Shown here: positions 26,007-38,100 of the stretch, piece after piece
Layout: every line of letters starts with the position of its first letter
How positions within the stretch are numbered: the first letter of the stretch is position 1
The notes under the pieces: model-generated
What the model saw: the letters and a program-made list of their open reading frames with translations, nothing else
What the model was told of the DNA's origin: nothing
Database searches by the model: none
Made by a program: the position numbers and the translations under genes
Source: an uncultured Pelagibacteraceae bacterium
GTDB taxonomy: Bacteria > Pseudomonadota > Alphaproteobacteria > Pelagibacterales > Pelagibacteraceae
Length of the DNA stretch: 61,076 nucleotides
Assembly: GCA_902551865.1 (NCBI GenBank)
Contig: CACDES010000001.1
Coordinates: forward strand, 1-61,076
Direction: 5' to 3'

Positions 26007-28658
26007 TTCAGCTTGAGCAGCAGCTAATCTTGCAACAGGAACTCTGAATGGTGAACAAGAAACATAATTCAAACCTGTTCTAGAACAAAACTCAATACTC
26101 TTTGGATCTCCCCCATGTTCGCCGCAAATTCCTAATTTAAGTTTTTTATTTGCTTTTCTTCCTCTAGAAGAAGCTAGTTCAACAAGCTCACCTACTCCAC
26201 TTTGATCAATGCTTACAAATGGATCAATTTCGAAAATTTTATTATCAATATAATCATTTAAAAATTTACCCGAGTCATCACGGCTTATACCTAAAGTAGT
26301 TTGTGTTAAATCGTTAGTTCCAAAACTAAAGAAATCTGCGTGTTTTGAAATTGATTTAGCTTGTAAAGCAGCTCTTGGTAGCTCTATCATTGTGCCAACG
26401 ATATAGTCTAATTTAGTTTTATTTTTTAACTCAATTTTTTTAGCTATTCTTTTTACTAAAGCTCTTAAGATTTTTAATTCTGTGTCTGTTGATACTAATG
26501 GTATCATTATTTCAACAAACGCTGCTTTTGTTTTTTCTTTCTTTAGCTCAACTAATGCTTCAAAAATAGCTTCGCACTGCATTTCATAAATTTCCGGAAA
26601 TGAAATTCCAAGTCTACATCCTCTATGGCCTAACATTGGATTTTCTTCGTGAAGTTCTGCAATTCTATCTTTAATTTCTTTAGATGATAAATTTAAAGAT
26701 CGCGCAACTTCTTCTATATCTTTTTCCGCTTTAGGTAAAAACTCATGCAAAGGTGGGTCTAGCAATCTTACTGTCACGGGCAAACCAGACATAACTTTAA
26801 ATATTTTTTTAAAATCATCTTTTTGATGAGGTAAAAGTTTTAACAGCGCATGATTTCTATCCTCTATAGATCTAGATAAAATCATTTGTCTTACTGATAA
26901 AATTCTTTCTTCGTCAAAAAACATATGCTCTGTTCTACAAAGACCGATGCCTTCAGCGCCAAATTCTCTCGCTGTCTTACTATCAGCTTCTGTTTCTGCG
27001 TTGGTTCTAACTCTTAATTTTCTAAATTCATCAGCCCATTTCATAATTGTAGAAAAATAACCTGATATTTCAGGCTGAACTGTTGGAACCAAGCCTTTCA
27101 TAATTTTTCCACTTCCTCCATCAATAGTTATGACGTCACCTTCTTTTATAATCTCGTTGCCTGCTTTAAATTGTTTTGTTTCATAATCAATTGTAATTTC
27201 GCTTGAACCAGATACGCAAGGCCTTCCCATGCCTCTAGCAACTACAGCAGCATGGCTTGTCATTCCACCTCGTGCTGTTAAAATTCCTTTTGCAGCATGC
27301 ATACCGTGAATATCTTCTGGAGAAGTTTCTAACCTAACTAATATTGTATCTTGCATCATTCCATTAAGTCTTTCAGCTTCGTCTGCGGTGAAAACAACTT
27401 TTCCACTTGCAGCACCTGGTGATGCAGGCAAGCCGGATGCAATAATTTCCTTTTTAACTTTTTCATCTAAAGTTGGATGTAATAAGGTATCAAGTGTATT
27501 TGGATCAATTCTTAGTATTGCTTCTTTTTTTGAAATAAGTTTTTCTTTAACCATGTCTACCGCAATTTTAATTGCTGCTTTTGCTGTTCTTTTTCCAGAT
27601 CTTGTCTGTAGCATCCATAATTTTTTATTTTCAACAGTAAACTCAATATCTTGCATGTCTCGATAGTGTTTTTCTAGTTTGATAAAAACTTTTGCAAGTT
27701 GTTTGTAAACTTGAGGCATAACTTCTTCCATTGAAAGTTCTTTTGACCCTGAGTCTATTTTTGCTTTTTTTGTAATGTACTGAGGTGTTCTTGTTCCAGC
27801 AACTACATCTTCTCCTTGGGCATTAATTAAAAATTCACCAAAGAATAATTTTTCTCCTGTTGAAGGGTTTCGAGTAAAAGCTACTCCAGTAGAACAATCT
27901 TTTCCCATGTTTCCAAAAACCATGGCTTGAACGTTTACTGCTGTCCCCCAATCATCTGGAATTTGATTTAACTTTCTATAAGTTTTAGCTCTTTGACTTT
28001 CCCAAGATAAAAATACTGCATTAATGGCTCCATAAAGTTGTTGTTTAACATCTTGAGGAAATTTAATTTTTTTTTCTTTTTTTACTAATTCTTTAAAATT
28101 TTTAATTAATCCGTCCCAATCACTTTCATCAAGATCTGTATCTAACAGAACTCCTTTAGTAAGTTTATAATTGTCAATTAATTCCTCGAATAAATGCCCC
28201 TCAATACCTAGAACGACATTGCTATACATTTGAATAAATCTTCTATAACTATCTTTCGCAAATCGGCCGTTTGATGTTTTTTTACTTAAAGCTTCTACTG
28301 TTTTATCATTAAGACCAAGGTTTAATATTGTATCCATCATGCCCGGCATTGAAACTCGCGCCCCAGATCTTACTGAAACAAGTAATGGATTTTTTAAATC
28401 ACCAAATTTCTTTTTAGTTTTTTTTTCAATTTGTTTTAATTCTTCTTCAATATTTTTAATTATTTTATTAGGTAATTTTTTTTTATTTTTGTAAAAAATA
28501 TCACATACATTAGTAGATATGGTAAAACCTGGTGGGACTGGTAAGCCTAATCTCCCCATTTCACCAAGGTTTGCTCCCTTGCCGCCTAATATATATTTTT
28601 TATTTTTTAGTTTTCTTGTTGATTTATCATCAAAACTAAATATTACCTTTGCCATCAA
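25995..28658 (-). CDS. ppdK: Pyruvate phosphate dikinase
   Basis: LGGKGANL, VSVRSGARVSMPGMMDT, GGMTSHAAVVAR (phospho-His), GLCRTEHM, FSFGTNDLTQ, GICGEHGGD. Confidence 0.98.
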   Translation of the reverse strand: MMAKVIFSFDDKSTRKLKNKKYILGGKGANLGEMGRLGLPVPPGFTISTNVCDIFYKNKKKLPNKIIKNIEEELKQIEKKTKKKFGDLKNPLLVSVRSGARVSMPGMMDTILNLGLNDKTVEALSKKTSNGRFAKDSYRRFIQMYSNVVLGIEGHLFEELIDNYKLTKGVLLDTDLDESDWDGLIKNFKELVKKEKKIKFPQDVKQQLYGAINAVFLSWESQRAKTYRKLNQIPDDWGTAVNVQAMVFGNMGKDCSTGVAFTRNPSTGEKLFFGEFLINAQGEDVVAGTRTPQYITKKAKIDSGSKELSMEEVMPQVYKQLAKVFIKLEKHYRDMQDIEFTVENKKLWMLQTRSGKRTAKAAIKIAVDMVKEKLISKKEAILRIDPNTLDTLLHPTLDEKVKKEIIASGLPASPGAASGKVVFTADEAERLNGMMQDTILVRLETSPEDIHGMHAAKGILTARGGMTSHAAVVARGMGRPCVSGSSEITIDYETKQFKAGNEIIKEGDVITIDGGSGKIMKGLVPTVQPEISGYFSTIMKWADEFRKLRVRTNAETEADSKTAREFGAEGIGLCRTEHMFFDEERILSVRQMILSRSIEDRNHALLKLLPHQKDDFKKIFKVMSGLPVTVRLLDPPLHEFLPKAEKDIEEVARSLNLSSKEIKDRIAELHEENPMLGHRGCRLGISFPEIYEMQCEAIFEALVELKKEKTKAAFVEIMIPLVSTDTELKILRALVKRIAKKIELKNKTKLDYIVGTMIELPRAALQAKSISKHADFFSFGTNDLTQTTLGISRDDSGKFLNDYIDNKIFEIDPFVSIDQSGVGELVELASSRGRKANKKLKLGICGEHGGDPKSIEFCSRTGLNYVSCSPFRVPVARLAAAQAELRR

Positions 28659-30709
28659 ATACCTTCTAATTTAGAAAAATTAATAAAATTATTAAATGTA
28701 TTACAAAACATTTTTAATAATTCTAATCTATTATTCTTAATATCTTGATTCTCATCATTTACAACCACATTGTCAAAAAAATTATCTGTAAATTGTTTTG
28801 TTTCTGATAGCCTAATTAATAAATTTTCATAATCTTTATTGCTTTCTTTCAATGTAAAAGCTTTTCGTATTTCATTAATTTTCTCAAATAGTATTTTTTC
28901 TTCCTCAGTCCTAAAAAGTACAGCGTCTGGCCTACCAGTAATTTCTTTCTCAACTTTATCAGTAATATTAGAAGCTCTTTTATATGAACTGATAGCATTT
29001 ATTCCAACATCTTTGTTAATATATTTGTTCATCAGAAGATTCTTCTTATAAAGATCTAAAAAGTTATCACCATTATGAGAGCTAATAGAAGCTTCAATAA
29101 TATCAATTTTTACATTTTTTAATTTTAGAATATTTCTCATTCTCTCTTTTAAAAAATCTAATACTTCTATTTCTGTATTTTGATTTTTAATTTCAACTCC
29201 TTGTTCTTCATAAAGTTTGATTCCATAATTTATAAGATCTCTTATTCTAATTGACAATTTGTTTTCAATGATGATTCTTAATAAACCTATCGCTGACCTT
29301 CTGAGAGCAAAAGGGTCCTTTGAACTAGTTGGTTTTTCATTTATAAGAAAAAAACCTACGAGACTATCTAGCTTATCTACGATAGCAATTGAATAACTAA
29401 AAGGTTTCTTGGGAATAGGAGAAGTTAATCCTACAGGAAGATAATGTTCGCTTATAGAGTTTGCAACATCCTCTTCGAAACCTTGTGATAGCGCAAAATA
29501 TTTTCCCATCACACCTTGTAATTCTGGATATTCGCCTACTAAATCCGAACATAAATCAGATTTTGAGATGGATGCAGCCACCTGAATTTTTTCTTTATTT
29601 ATATTTAATTCATCTGAAAGTAATGCAGCTAAGTTTCTAATTCTTTGAGTTTTATCATAAATAGTTCCAATTTTTTCATAAAAAGTAATCGTTTTAAGGT
29701 TAGCTATTTGTTTTATAAGATTCTTAGATCTGTCTTTTTCCCAAAAGAATTTGGCATCGGCTAGTCTTGCTTCAACAACTCTTTTATTTCCTGCTGTGAT
29801 AAGTCTTTTTTCATCTTTTTTATTAGCAACAACAAAAAAATAATTTGTTAATCGTTCTCGATTATCGAATATAGGAAAATATCTTTGATGTTTTTCAAGT
29901 GTAGAAATAATTATTTCTTCAGGAATTTTTAAGTACTCTTTATCAAAATTAATTAATAATACATTAGGGTTTTCTACAATATTCACAACTTCCTCTAAAA
30001 GTCGTAAATTATATTGTTCTTTATAGTTTTTTGATTTTGAAACTGAATTAAATTTTTTTAATATTATTTTTTGTCTTTCATTTTGATCTAATACAATTTT
30101 ATTGCTTTTTAGAAATGAAAAGTACTCTTTATAACTTTTAATCTTTTGAGATTTTGTAATTAAATCTTGTTCGATTATAATACTATCTGTCGTTTCTAAA
30201 TGTTGAAATTTAAAAGGTAATTTTTTACCATTATATATAGCAAATATTGCTCTGAGTGGCCTACCCCACATCAAGTCATTTGTTGACCACTTCATCGATT
30301 TTTTCCAATTAATAGTGGAAATAACTTTTGGCAAAATATCAATCAACAAATCCTCTACTAAAAAAAATTTTTCTGGTATTTTTATAAAGTAGAATTCACC
30401 TTTCTCTGTCTTTTTTTTAAATAAGTCTCTTTCAGAAACATTGTGAGAGTTAGTAAAACTTTGTAGAATATTTTCTGGTACCCCGACTTTTGGTCCTTTT
30501 ATTTCTTTTGTTTTGATTTTAATCTTTTCAGGTAGTCCTTTAATATAAACACTTAATCTTGTTGGACTTGAATATTCAAAACATTCTTTGTAATGAATTC
30601 CTTCCTCTTCAAGAGATTTTTCTAATTGTTGTTTTAGCTGAGTTCTAGCATTTATTTGAAGTTGAGGTGGTATTTCTTCGCTATAAAGTTCAAGCAAAAG
30701 TTCAGACAT
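28655..30709 (-). CDS. glyS: Glycine--tRNA ligase beta subunit
   Basis: LLELYSEEIP, SPTRL, WKKSMKW..RPLR, ARLADAKFF, GEYPELQG, SKDPFALRR. Confidence 0.96.
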   Translation of the reverse strand: MSELLLELYSEEIPPQLQINARTQLKQQLEKSLEEEGIHYKECFEYSSPTRLSVYIKGLPEKIKIKTKEIKGPKVGVPENILQSFTNSHNVSERDLFKKKTEKGEFYFIKIPEKFFLVEDLLIDILPKVISTINWKKSMKWSTNDLMWGRPLRAIFAIYNGKKLPFKFQHLETTDSIIIEQDLITKSQKIKSYKEYFSFLKSNKIVLDQNERQKIILKKFNSVSKSKNYKEQYNLRLLEEVVNIVENPNVLLINFDKEYLKIPEEIIISTLEKHQRYFPIFDNRERLTNYFFVVANKKDEKRLITAGNKRVVEARLADAKFFWEKDRSKNLIKQIANLKTITFYEKIGTIYDKTQRIRNLAALLSDELNINKEKIQVAASISKSDLCSDLVGEYPELQGVMGKYFALSQGFEEDVANSISEHYLPVGLTSPIPKKPFSYSIAIVDKLDSLVGFFLINEKPTSSKDPFALRRSAIGLLRIIIENKLSIRIRDLINYGIKLYEEQGVEIKNQNTEIEVLDFLKERMRNILKLKNVKIDIIEASISSHNGDNFLDLYKKNLLMNKYINKDVGINAISSYKRASNITDKVEKEITGRPDAVLFRTEEEKILFEKINEIRKAFTLKESNKDYENLLIRLSETKQFTDNFFDNVVVNDENQDIKNNRLELLKMFCNTFNNFINFSKLEGI

Positions 30710-30715
30710 AATTTA

Positions 30716-31588
30716 TTAAATTTGTGTACTCAGCCAAAGTGCTCCACATCCTTTTGAGAGTTCTCTTATTCTATTAATGTAACCAGTTCTTTCTGCAACG
30801 CCAATAACTCCTCTGGCATCAAGTAAATTAAAAATATGACTTGCTTTTAAACACTGATCGTAAGCTGGTAAAGAAAGTTTTTTATCTAATAATGATTTAC
30901 ATTCATTCTCTGTTGACTCGAAGTTTTTTAATAAAGTTTCTGTGTTAGCAAATTCAAAATTATATGCAGAAAATTCTTTTTCTGCTTGAAAAAATACATC
31001 CTTATATTTTACTCCTTCGTTATTCCAATCAAGGTCGAACACATTTTTTTTTCCTTGGACAAACATACATAATCTTTCTAAACCATATGTCATCTCAACT
31101 GGAACAGGCTTGCATTCTAATCCTGTCATTTGTTGAAAATAAGTAAATTGTGTTATTTCCATACCGTCACACCATACTTCCCAGCCTAATCCTGCTGCGC
31201 CTAATGTTGGACTTTCCCAATCATCTTCGACGAAACGGATGTCATGATTTTTAACATCAATGCCTATTGCAGATAAACTTTTCAGATATGTTTGTTTAAT
31301 GTTATCAGGTGAAGGTTTAATTATAACTTGATACTGATAATAGTGTTGTAATCTATTCGGATTTTCTCCATATCTTCCATCTGTTGGTCTTCTTGAAGGT
31401 TGCACATAAGCTGCTTTCCATGGTTTGGGTCCTAAAGATCTTAAGGTGGTTGCTGGATGAAAAGTTCCTGCGCCAACTTCTATATCGTAAGGTTGTAAAA
31501 TTATACAACCATACTTTCCCCAAAACTTTTGTAAATTCATGATGATTTCTTGGAAGGATAAGGATTTTATTTTTTTTTTAGTTGGCAT
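30716..31588 (-). CDS. glyQ: Glycine--tRNA ligase alpha subunit
   Basis: [42 protein letters not shown]. Confidence 0.98.
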   Translation of the reverse strand: MPTKKKIKSLSFQEIIMNLQKFWGKYGCIILQPYDIEVGAGTFHPATTLRSLGPKPWKAAYVQPSRRPTDGRYGENPNRLQHYYQYQVIIKPSPDNIKQTYLKSLSAIGIDVKNHDIRFVEDDWESPTLGAAGLGWEVWCDGMEITQFTYFQQMTGLECKPVPVEMTYGLERLCMFVQGKKNVFDLDWNNEGVKYKDVFFQAEKEFSAYNFEFANTETLLKNFESTENECKSLLDKKLSLPAYDQCLKASHIFNLLDARGVIGVAERTGYINRIRELSKGCGALWLSTQI

Positions 31589-32401
31589 TTATAAACCAAA
31601 TTTTTGCCACATAGATTTCTCTTCTAAATTACTTATTACTTTATCAAAAGGATCTAAGATTGATGATGAAAGTTTCTTTGCTAAAAATCCTTTTCTCTTT
31701 TCAAAGTTTTTAATGATAACTTTATCTCCAAATTTTTCTTTTAGAACTTGATCAGCGTTTCCAATGCCATCAATTAAACCTAATTTTAAAGCAGATTTAC
31801 CTGTCCAAAATTCTCCTGTAAAAATATTATTTTTTTCTGGATCTTTCAATTTTGATCCCCGGCTAGTCTCAACAACTTTTATAAAATCAGCATGTAGCTC
31901 TAATTGAATATTTTTCAATCTCTTTACATCTTCTTCTTTTTCCTCAACAAATGGATCTAAAGTGCTTTTATTTTTCCCTGCAGTATAAACTCTTCTTTGA
32001 ACTCCAATCTTTTGAATCAAGTCTTTAAATCCAAAAGAAGCAGATATAACTCCAATTGACCCAATTATTGAACTTGAATTAGCAAATATTTCGTCTCCTG
32101 CACAAGCTATGAAATAGCCTCCAGAGGCAGCAACATCTTCTGCAAAAATTAAGACTTTTACTTTTTTTTTATCAGCTAGCTCCCTTATGTAGCTATAAAT
32201 TAAATGAGATTGAACTGGCGATCCTCCAGGAGAATTTATTGAGATGGCCACATGAGAGATTTTCTTGACTGAAAAAGCTTTTTTTAAGATATCTCTTTGA
32301 TTGGCCAATTCCATGCCTTGTTTAAATCGACCTGCTGAACCAATAATACCTGTTAATCTTACATGAGGAACAACAGTCTTTTTTTTGAAAATTGAAAACA
32401 T
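31589..32401 (-). CDS. S49 family peptidase (SppA/SohB-like)
   Basis: INSPGGSP, AASGGY, IGSIGV, AGKNKS, GLIDGIG. Confidence 0.9.
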   Translation of the reverse strand: MFSIFKKKTVVPHVRLTGIIGSAGRFKQGMELANQRDILKKAFSVKKISHVAISINSPGGSPVQSHLIYSYIRELADKKKVKVLIFAEDVAASGGYFIACAGDEIFANSSSIIGSIGVISASFGFKDLIQKIGVQRRVYTAGKNKSTLDPFVEEKEEDVKRLKNIQLELHADFIKVVETSRGSKLKDPEKNNIFTGEFWTGKSALKLGLIDGIGNADQVLKEKFGDKVIIKNFEKRKGFLAKKLSSSILDPFDKVISNLEEKSMWQKFGL

Positions 32402-32549
32402 ATTTTTATGATCGTTACAATTATTCTTATAACAGTAATAATTTAAATTTTAATTATTTTATTACGCTACTTCTAGTTGAATTGTGGGTGCGTCACCAGG
32501 GTTTGATTTAAAAATTTATTATCATAAAAATCAATTATAATTAACTGAT

Positions 32550-33563
32550 ATGGGATCAGTAATACCTCTAAAAAAATCTGCTAATTCAGCCTACTTGGAG
32601 CTTAAAAATCTATTAGTAGATAAGCTTGAAAAAGTAGAAAATTTAGTAGAGCTTAAATTAAAGAGCGATGTAAGCTTAATTGATAAAATGAGTGAACATC
32701 ATCTGAGATCTGGTGGCAAAAGACTAAGAGCACTTCTTACTTTAGGGTCTGCAAAATTATCTGGATACGAATTGGGAGATCGAGACATTAATTTGGCTGC
32801 TTGTGTAGAACTTATTCATTCTGCAACGCTACTACATGATGATGTAATTGATGAAAGTTCTTTACGAAGAGGAGTTAAAACTACAAATTCTATTTGGGGA
32901 AATCAATCTTCTATATTAGTTGGTGATTATCTTTTAAGCAGATGTTTTGAAATTATGGTTGATGATGGAGATTTGGAAGTTTTAAAACTACTATCTTCTG
33001 CTTCAGCAAAAATTGCACAGGGTGAAGTTTTACAACTTCAACATAAAGGGGAAGCCGATCTTCTAGAAGATACATATATAAATATTATTAATTTAAAAAC
33101 AGCATCACTTTTTTCTGCTGCAACAAAAACAGGGGCGTGTCTTGCAAAATGTAATGAGAAAGAAAAAAAATCTCTTGAGTCTTATGGAAAAAATCTTGGT
33201 CTTGCTTTTCAAATAGCAGACGATGCTCTTGACTATTATGGAAAAGATAAATTCTTCGGAAAAGAAATTGGTAAAGATTTTTTCGAAGGAAAAGTAACTC
33301 TTCCATTAATTATTGTGTTTCAAAAAGGAAATAAAGAAGAAAGAAGTTTTTTATCTGAAATCTTAAAAAAAGAAAAAAGAAATGAAGATGATTTTAGTGA
33401 AACTTTAGCCTTAATTTATAAATATAAAGCAATTGAAGCAAGTTTAAAAAGAGCAGAATACTTTGTTAACGTATCTCATGACTCTTTAGGAATCTTTCCT
33501 GATAGTGAAGAAAAAAAAATATTGCAAAATTTGACTAGCTTCAGTCTTAATAGATCTTTTTAA
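32550..33563 (+). CDS. ispB: Long-chain trans-polyprenyl diphosphate synthase (octa/deca-prenyl)
   Basis: GGKRLR, LLHDDVID..LRRG (FARM), KTASLF, FQIADDALD (SARM). Confidence 0.9.
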   Translation: MGSVIPLKKSANSAYLELKNLLVDKLEKVENLVELKLKSDVSLIDKMSEHHLRSGGKRLRALLTLGSAKLSGYELGDRDINLAACVELIHSATLLHDDVIDESSLRRGVKTTNSIWGNQSSILVGDYLLSRCFEIMVDDGDLEVLKLLSSASAKIAQGEVLQLQHKGEADLLEDTYINIINLKTASLFSAATKTGACLAKCNEKEKKSLESYGKNLGLAFQIADDALDYYGKDKFFGKEIGKDFFEGKVTLPLIIVFQKGNKEERSFLSEILKKEKRNEDDFSETLALIYKYKAIEASLKRAEYFVNVSHDSLGIFPDSEEKKILQNLTSFSLNRSF

Positions 33564-34192
33564 GGATAAAGGAGTTCTTTTATCCATTTATCATTAGATT
33601 TTTTATAATTCAATCTTTCATGAATTCTACCTTCTCCATCTGCCCAAAATTCAATTTCAGTTGGTAGCAATCTCCAACCAGACCAATGAGGTGGTCTTGG
33701 AACATTGTTTTCAACTGGATACTTTTTTTCAAATTCTTTTAATTTTTTTAAAAAAGTCTCTCTCTTGTCTAACACTTGAGATTGTGATGAAGCCCACGCA
33801 CTAATTTTATTCTTGTAAGGTCTTGAATTATAATAATCATCAGCTTCTTTAGATGTTACCTCTTCGACTTTACCTAAAATTCTTACCTGCCTTCTTAAAC
33901 TTTTCCAGTGAAAACACATTGAAGCTTTCTGATTATTTTTTAACTCATCTCCTTTTTTGCTATTAAAATTTGTATAAAAAACAAATCCCTTTTCACTTAA
34001 ACCTTTAAGTAATACCATTCTTACATTAGGTTGATTGTTTTTATCAGATGATGCCACTGCAACAGCGTTTGGATCGTTTATTTCCTTTTTCTCAGCTACA
34101 GAAAACCATTTTTTGAACAAATCAATGGGATTAGCTGCTTCTTCAAAGCAGCTATCTATTCCAAGTGAATTTTTGCCATTTTTTTGATTCAT
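33560..34192 (-). CDS. pdxH: Pyridoxine/pyridoxamine 5'-phosphate oxidase
   Basis: RMVLLK, FYTNFNSKKG, RQVRI, AWASSQS, EFW...RIHER, LYP. Confidence 0.95.
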   Translation of the reverse strand: MNQKNGKNSLGIDSCFEEAANPIDLFKKWFSVAEKKEINDPNAVAVASSDKNNQPNVRMVLLKGLSEKGFVFYTNFNSKKGDELKNNQKASMCFHWKSLRRQVRILGKVEEVTSKEADDYYNSRPYKNKISAWASSQSQVLDKRETFLKKLKEFEKKYPVENNVPRPPHWSGWRLLPTEIEFWADGEGRIHERLNYKKSNDKWIKELLYP

Positions 34193-34226
34193 ATATTCTA
34201 TAAAATAATTTATACATTAAATAACT

Positions 34227-35309
34227 ATGTCTTTTAATACTTTTGGAAAAATATTTAGATTTACTACATGGGGAGAGTCCCATGGTCCTGCAATTGGCTG
34301 TGTAATTGACGGTTGTCCTCCCAATATCTCCATATCTGAAAAAGATATACAAAAAGATATGGATAGAAGAAGACCTGGACAATCCAAATTTACTACTCAA
34401 AGAAAAGAATCCGACAAAGTGAATATTCTCTCTGGAATATTTGAGGGTAAGACGACTGGAACACCAATTTCTATTATAATTCACAATGAAGATAAAAGAT
34501 CTAGAGATTACGAAACGATTAAAAACAAATTCAGACCTGGACATGCTGATTATACTTATTTTAAGAAATATGGAATTAGAGACTTTAGAGGTGGTGGAAG
34601 ACAATCTGCAAGAGAAACGGCTTGCAGAGTAGCAGCTGGAGCTGTGGCTAAAATAGTTTTAAAAAAAATTATAGGTATCAAATTTAATATAATTGGAGCT
34701 GTGACCCAATTAGGATTAATGTCTTGTGATAAACAAAATTGGAAAAATTCTGAAATAAGAAAAAATCCTTTTTTCTGTCCTGATAAACAGTCTGTAAGAC
34801 TATGGGAAAAATATCTTCTGGCAGTGAGAAAAGCAGGTTCTTCTTGTGGAGCAGTAATAGAATTAAGAGCTTCTGGAATTCCAGTTGGTTTGGGAGCTCC
34901 TATTTATTCAAAATTAGACACTGATATTGCTGCTGCTCTTATGAGCATAAACGCAGTTAAAGGAGTTAATATTGGATCAGGTATGAATGCAGCTTTTTTA
35001 AGCGGTGAAGAAAACTCTGATGAAATAAGAAAAAGTTCTGGCAAAATTAAATTTAAAACTAATCATGCAGGTGGAATTTTAGGTGGAATATCTTCTGGTC
35101 AAGATATTGTTGCATCTTTCGCGGTTAAACCAACTTCTTCAATTTTAACTAGTAGAGAAACTATAGATAAAAAAGGTAAAAACACAAAAATTTCCGTTAA
35201 AGGAAGACACGATCCTTGTGTGGGAATTAGAGCGGTTCCTATAGGTGAAGCAATGATGAGTTGTGTTATCCTCGATCATTTATTAATGCATCGAGCACAA
35301 TGTGGTTAG
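34227..35309 (+). CDS. aroC: Chorismate synthase
   Basis: [33 protein letters not shown]. Confidence 0.98.
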   Translation: MSFNTFGKIFRFTTWGESHGPAIGCVIDGCPPNISISEKDIQKDMDRRRPGQSKFTTQRKESDKVNILSGIFEGKTTGTPISIIIHNEDKRSRDYETIKNKFRPGHADYTYFKKYGIRDFRGGGRQSARETACRVAAGAVAKIVLKKIIGIKFNIIGAVTQLGLMSCDKQNWKNSEIRKNPFFCPDKQSVRLWEKYLLAVRKAGSSCGAVIELRASGIPVGLGAPIYSKLDTDIAAALMSINAVKGVNIGSGMNAAFLSGEENSDEIRKSSGKIKFKTNHAGGILGGISSGQDIVASFAVKPTSSILTSRETIDKKGKNTKISVKGRHDPCVGIRAVPIGEAMMSCVILDHLLMHRAQCG

Positions 35310-37225
35310 TTAGAAATTTTACTTTTATTTTTAGCTAAAACAATATTTGAATTTAAAGTTTCTTGAATTTTATTAGCAATTGATAAACTATCTAAACCTG
35401 CTTTCTCATACATTTTTTCTGGAGTATCTTGATCAATAAATAAATCAGGTAAAATCATTGATCTAAATTTCAATCCCTTATCAAATACTCCTCTATCAGA
35501 TAAAAATTGCATAACATGGGAACCAAATCCACCAATTGAACCTTCTTCAATTGAAATTAAAACTTCATGATTGTTTGCAGCCTCCATAATTAATTTTTCG
35601 TCTAAAGGTTTAGCAAATCTTAAATCCATAATCGTAATATCTATCCCTTTTTTTAATAATATCTCGGATGCTTTCTTGCATTCTTCTAATCTTGTTCCAA
35701 AATTTAAAATTGCAACCTTTTTACCTTCTTTAATAATTCTGCCTTTTCCAATTTCTAAAATTTCAGTTATTGAAGGCATTTCAATTCCTACTCCATTACC
35801 TCTTGGATATCTAAATGCTGAAGGTCTATCATTTATATGAACTGAAGTATTAATCATTTTTACTAATTCAGACTCATCGCTAGCAGCCATAACAACAAAA
35901 TTAGGTAAAGTGGATAAGTAAGTAATATCAAATGATCCAGCATGTGTTGGTCCGTCAGCGCCGACAAGTCCAGCTCTATCTATTGCAAACCTTACAGGTA
36001 ATGACTGAATAGCAACATCGTGGACAACTTGATCATAAGCCCTTTGAAGAAAAGTAGAATAAATTGCAGCATAAGGCTTGTACCCCTCTGTTGCAAGACC
36101 AGCTGCAAAAGTTACGGCATGCTGTTCAGCTATTCCTACATCAAAGGTTCGATCAGGAAATTTTTTTTCAAACAAATTTAAGCCAGTTCCTGAAGGCATT
36201 GCTCCGGTAATTCCAATGATTTTAGTATCTTGCTCTGCGTGTTTAATTAAAGTTTCAGCAAAAACTTTTGTATATGAAGGAGCGTTAGATTTAGATTTTT
36301 TCTGCTCGCCTGTAGCAATATCAAATTTAGAAACTCCATGGTATTTATCACCAGACTCTTCAGCTGGTTTATAGCCTTTTCCTTTTTGAGTTCTAACATG
36401 GATTAACACTGGTCCTTGATGATTCGAATTCTTAACATTTTCAAATATTTCCACCAAATTATCTACATCATGTCCATCAACTGGACCAATATAATAAAAA
36501 CCTAATTCACTAAATAAAGTTCCTCCCGTCACTATACCTCTCAATAAGTCTTCCGCCTTACCTGCTTTTTGACTAAACCTTTTTGAAAAAGCAGAAATAA
36601 CCATTTTTACCGTTTCTCTAAAACTAAAATATAATTTACCTGACAAAAGTTTTGCTAGGTACTTACTCATAGCACCTACAGGTTTTGCTATGGACATATC
36701 ATTGTCATTTAAAACTACAATAAGTTTAGACTTTAAAGCACCAGCGTTATTCATAGCTTCGTAAGCCATACCAGCGCTCATAGCTCCGTCACCTATGACT
36801 GCGACTACATTATTATTATTATTTGATAATTTTTTGGCTACGGCCATACCTAAGGTAGATGAAATTGAAGTTGAACTATGGGCTGCACCAAACGGATCAT
36901 ACTCGCTTTCAGATCTTTTGGTAAATCCTGATAAACCACCTCCTTTTCTAAGAGTCTTAATTCTATCTTTTCTTCCAGTAATAATTTTGTGTGGATATGT
37001 TTGATGACTTACATCCCAAACTAATTTGTCTTTAGGAGTATCAAAAACATAATGTAAAGCTACTGTTAACTCTACAACGCCTAAACCAGCCCCGAGATGT
37101 CCACCAGTTTCAGAAACCACGTCGATCAACTCTTCTCTTAATTCATCTGAGATCTGTTTAAGTTGATCCTTATTGAACTTTCTTAAATCTGCAGGAAAAT
37201 TTATTTGTCTGATTAGTCTAGTCAT
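35306..37225 (-). CDS. dxs: 1-deoxy-D-xylulose-5-phosphate synthase
   Basis: [59 protein letters not shown]. Confidence 0.98.
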   Translation of the reverse strand: MTRLIRQINFPADLRKFNKDQLKQISDELREELIDVVSETGGHLGAGLGVVELTVALHYVFDTPKDKLVWDVSHQTYPHKIITGRKDRIKTLRKGGGLSGFTKRSESEYDPFGAAHSSTSISSTLGMAVAKKLSNNNNNVVAVIGDGAMSAGMAYEAMNNAGALKSKLIVVLNDNDMSIAKPVGAMSKYLAKLLSGKLYFSFRETVKMVISAFSKRFSQKAGKAEDLLRGIVTGGTLFSELGFYYIGPVDGHDVDNLVEIFENVKNSNHQGPVLIHVRTQKGKGYKPAEESGDKYHGVSKFDIATGEQKKSKSNAPSYTKVFAETLIKHAEQDTKIIGITGAMPSGTGLNLFEKKFPDRTFDVGIAEQHAVTFAAGLATEGYKPYAAIYSTFLQRAYDQVVHDVAIQSLPVRFAIDRAGLVGADGPTHAGSFDITYLSTLPNFVVMAASDESELVKMINTSVHINDRPSAFRYPRGNGVGIEMPSITEILEIGKGRIIKEGKKVAILNFGTRLEECKKASEILLKKGIDITIMDLRFAKPLDEKLIMEAANNHEVLISIEEGSIGGFGSHVMQFLSDRGVFDKGLKFRSMILPDLFIDQDTPEKMYEKAGLDSLSIANKIQETLNSNIVLAKNKSKISN

Positions 37226-38100
37226 TAAAAATTTCTACCTAGTATAAATTCTATTGTATCTGTTAGATCTTTAGCTTTTTTTCCATGTTTTTTTAATTTA
37301 AGCAATATCTTTTTCTTCAAATTATTTGCATAATCATGAGCTTTTTCATATCCCATTAAATTAATTAATGTTGATTTTCCTTTTTTATTATCTTTTTTAA
37401 TTGGTTTACCAACTAATTCTCTTGATCCTTTGATATCTAAAAAATCATCTGCAAACTGAAATAAAAGTCCAATTTGTTCACCTAAATTACTTAAAAACTT
37501 TTTTTCCTTATTATTTCTTTTTGCTAATACTCCTACAGCATAAAGACAAAAATTAAATAATTTTCCTGTTTTTTTCTTTTGCATAATTATGATATTTTTT
37601 AAATTTTTTTTCTTATTTTCAAATTTAAGATCAAGTTCTTGACCTCCTGCTATTCCTGTATGACCTGAACAAAATGCTAATGATTTTATAATTTCATTTT
37701 TTAATTTTGGATTTATAAAATAATTATTATCAGCAATAATCTCAAATGCCAAAGTTAATAAAGAATTACCTGCTAATACAGCTGATGCTTCTCCAAATTT
37801 TATATGGGTCGATGGTTTTCCTCTCCTTATTGAATCATTATCCATGCATGGAAGATCATCGTGAATTAAAGAGTATGAATGAATGCACTCTACAGCAGCA
37901 CAAATATTAATTAATTTTTTTTGATTTAAATTAAATATTTTGCCTGCACTAAATATAACTGTAGATCTTATTTTTTTCCCACCCGATATGACTCCATATT
38001 TCATTGGATACATTAGTGAAGACATATCTTGCTTTTTTAAATAATTAATCAAAAATTTATCAATTTTTTTTGAATTTTTTATTAGTCTATTTTTTATCAT
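37225..38100 (-). CDS. ispA: Farnesyl diphosphate synthase / geranyltranstransferase
   Basis: [33 protein letters not shown]; xseB-ispA-dxs synteny. Confidence 0.93.
   Translation of the reverse strand: MIKNRLIKNSKKIDKFLINYLKKQDMSSLMYPMKYGVISGGKKIRSTVIFSAGKIFNLNQKKLINICAAVECIHSYSLIHDDLPCMDNDSIRRGKPSTHIKFGEASAVLAGNSLLTLAFEIIADNNYFINPKLKNEIIKSLAFCSGHTGIAGGQELDLKFENKKKNLKNIIIMQKKKTGKLFNFCLYAVGVLAKRNNKEKKFLSNLGEQIGLLFQFADDFLDIKGSRELVGKPIKKDNKKGKSTLINLMGYEKAHDYANNLKKKILLKLKKHGKKAKDLTDTIEFILGRNF

Noticed and set aside
32462-32510. Reading SNPGDAPTIQLEVA* as a tmRNA tag or 2A-like peptide
   Set aside because: There is no tRNA-like domain or space for tmRNA, it does not end in the (Y/L)AA tag pattern, and it lacks the DxExNPGP consensus.
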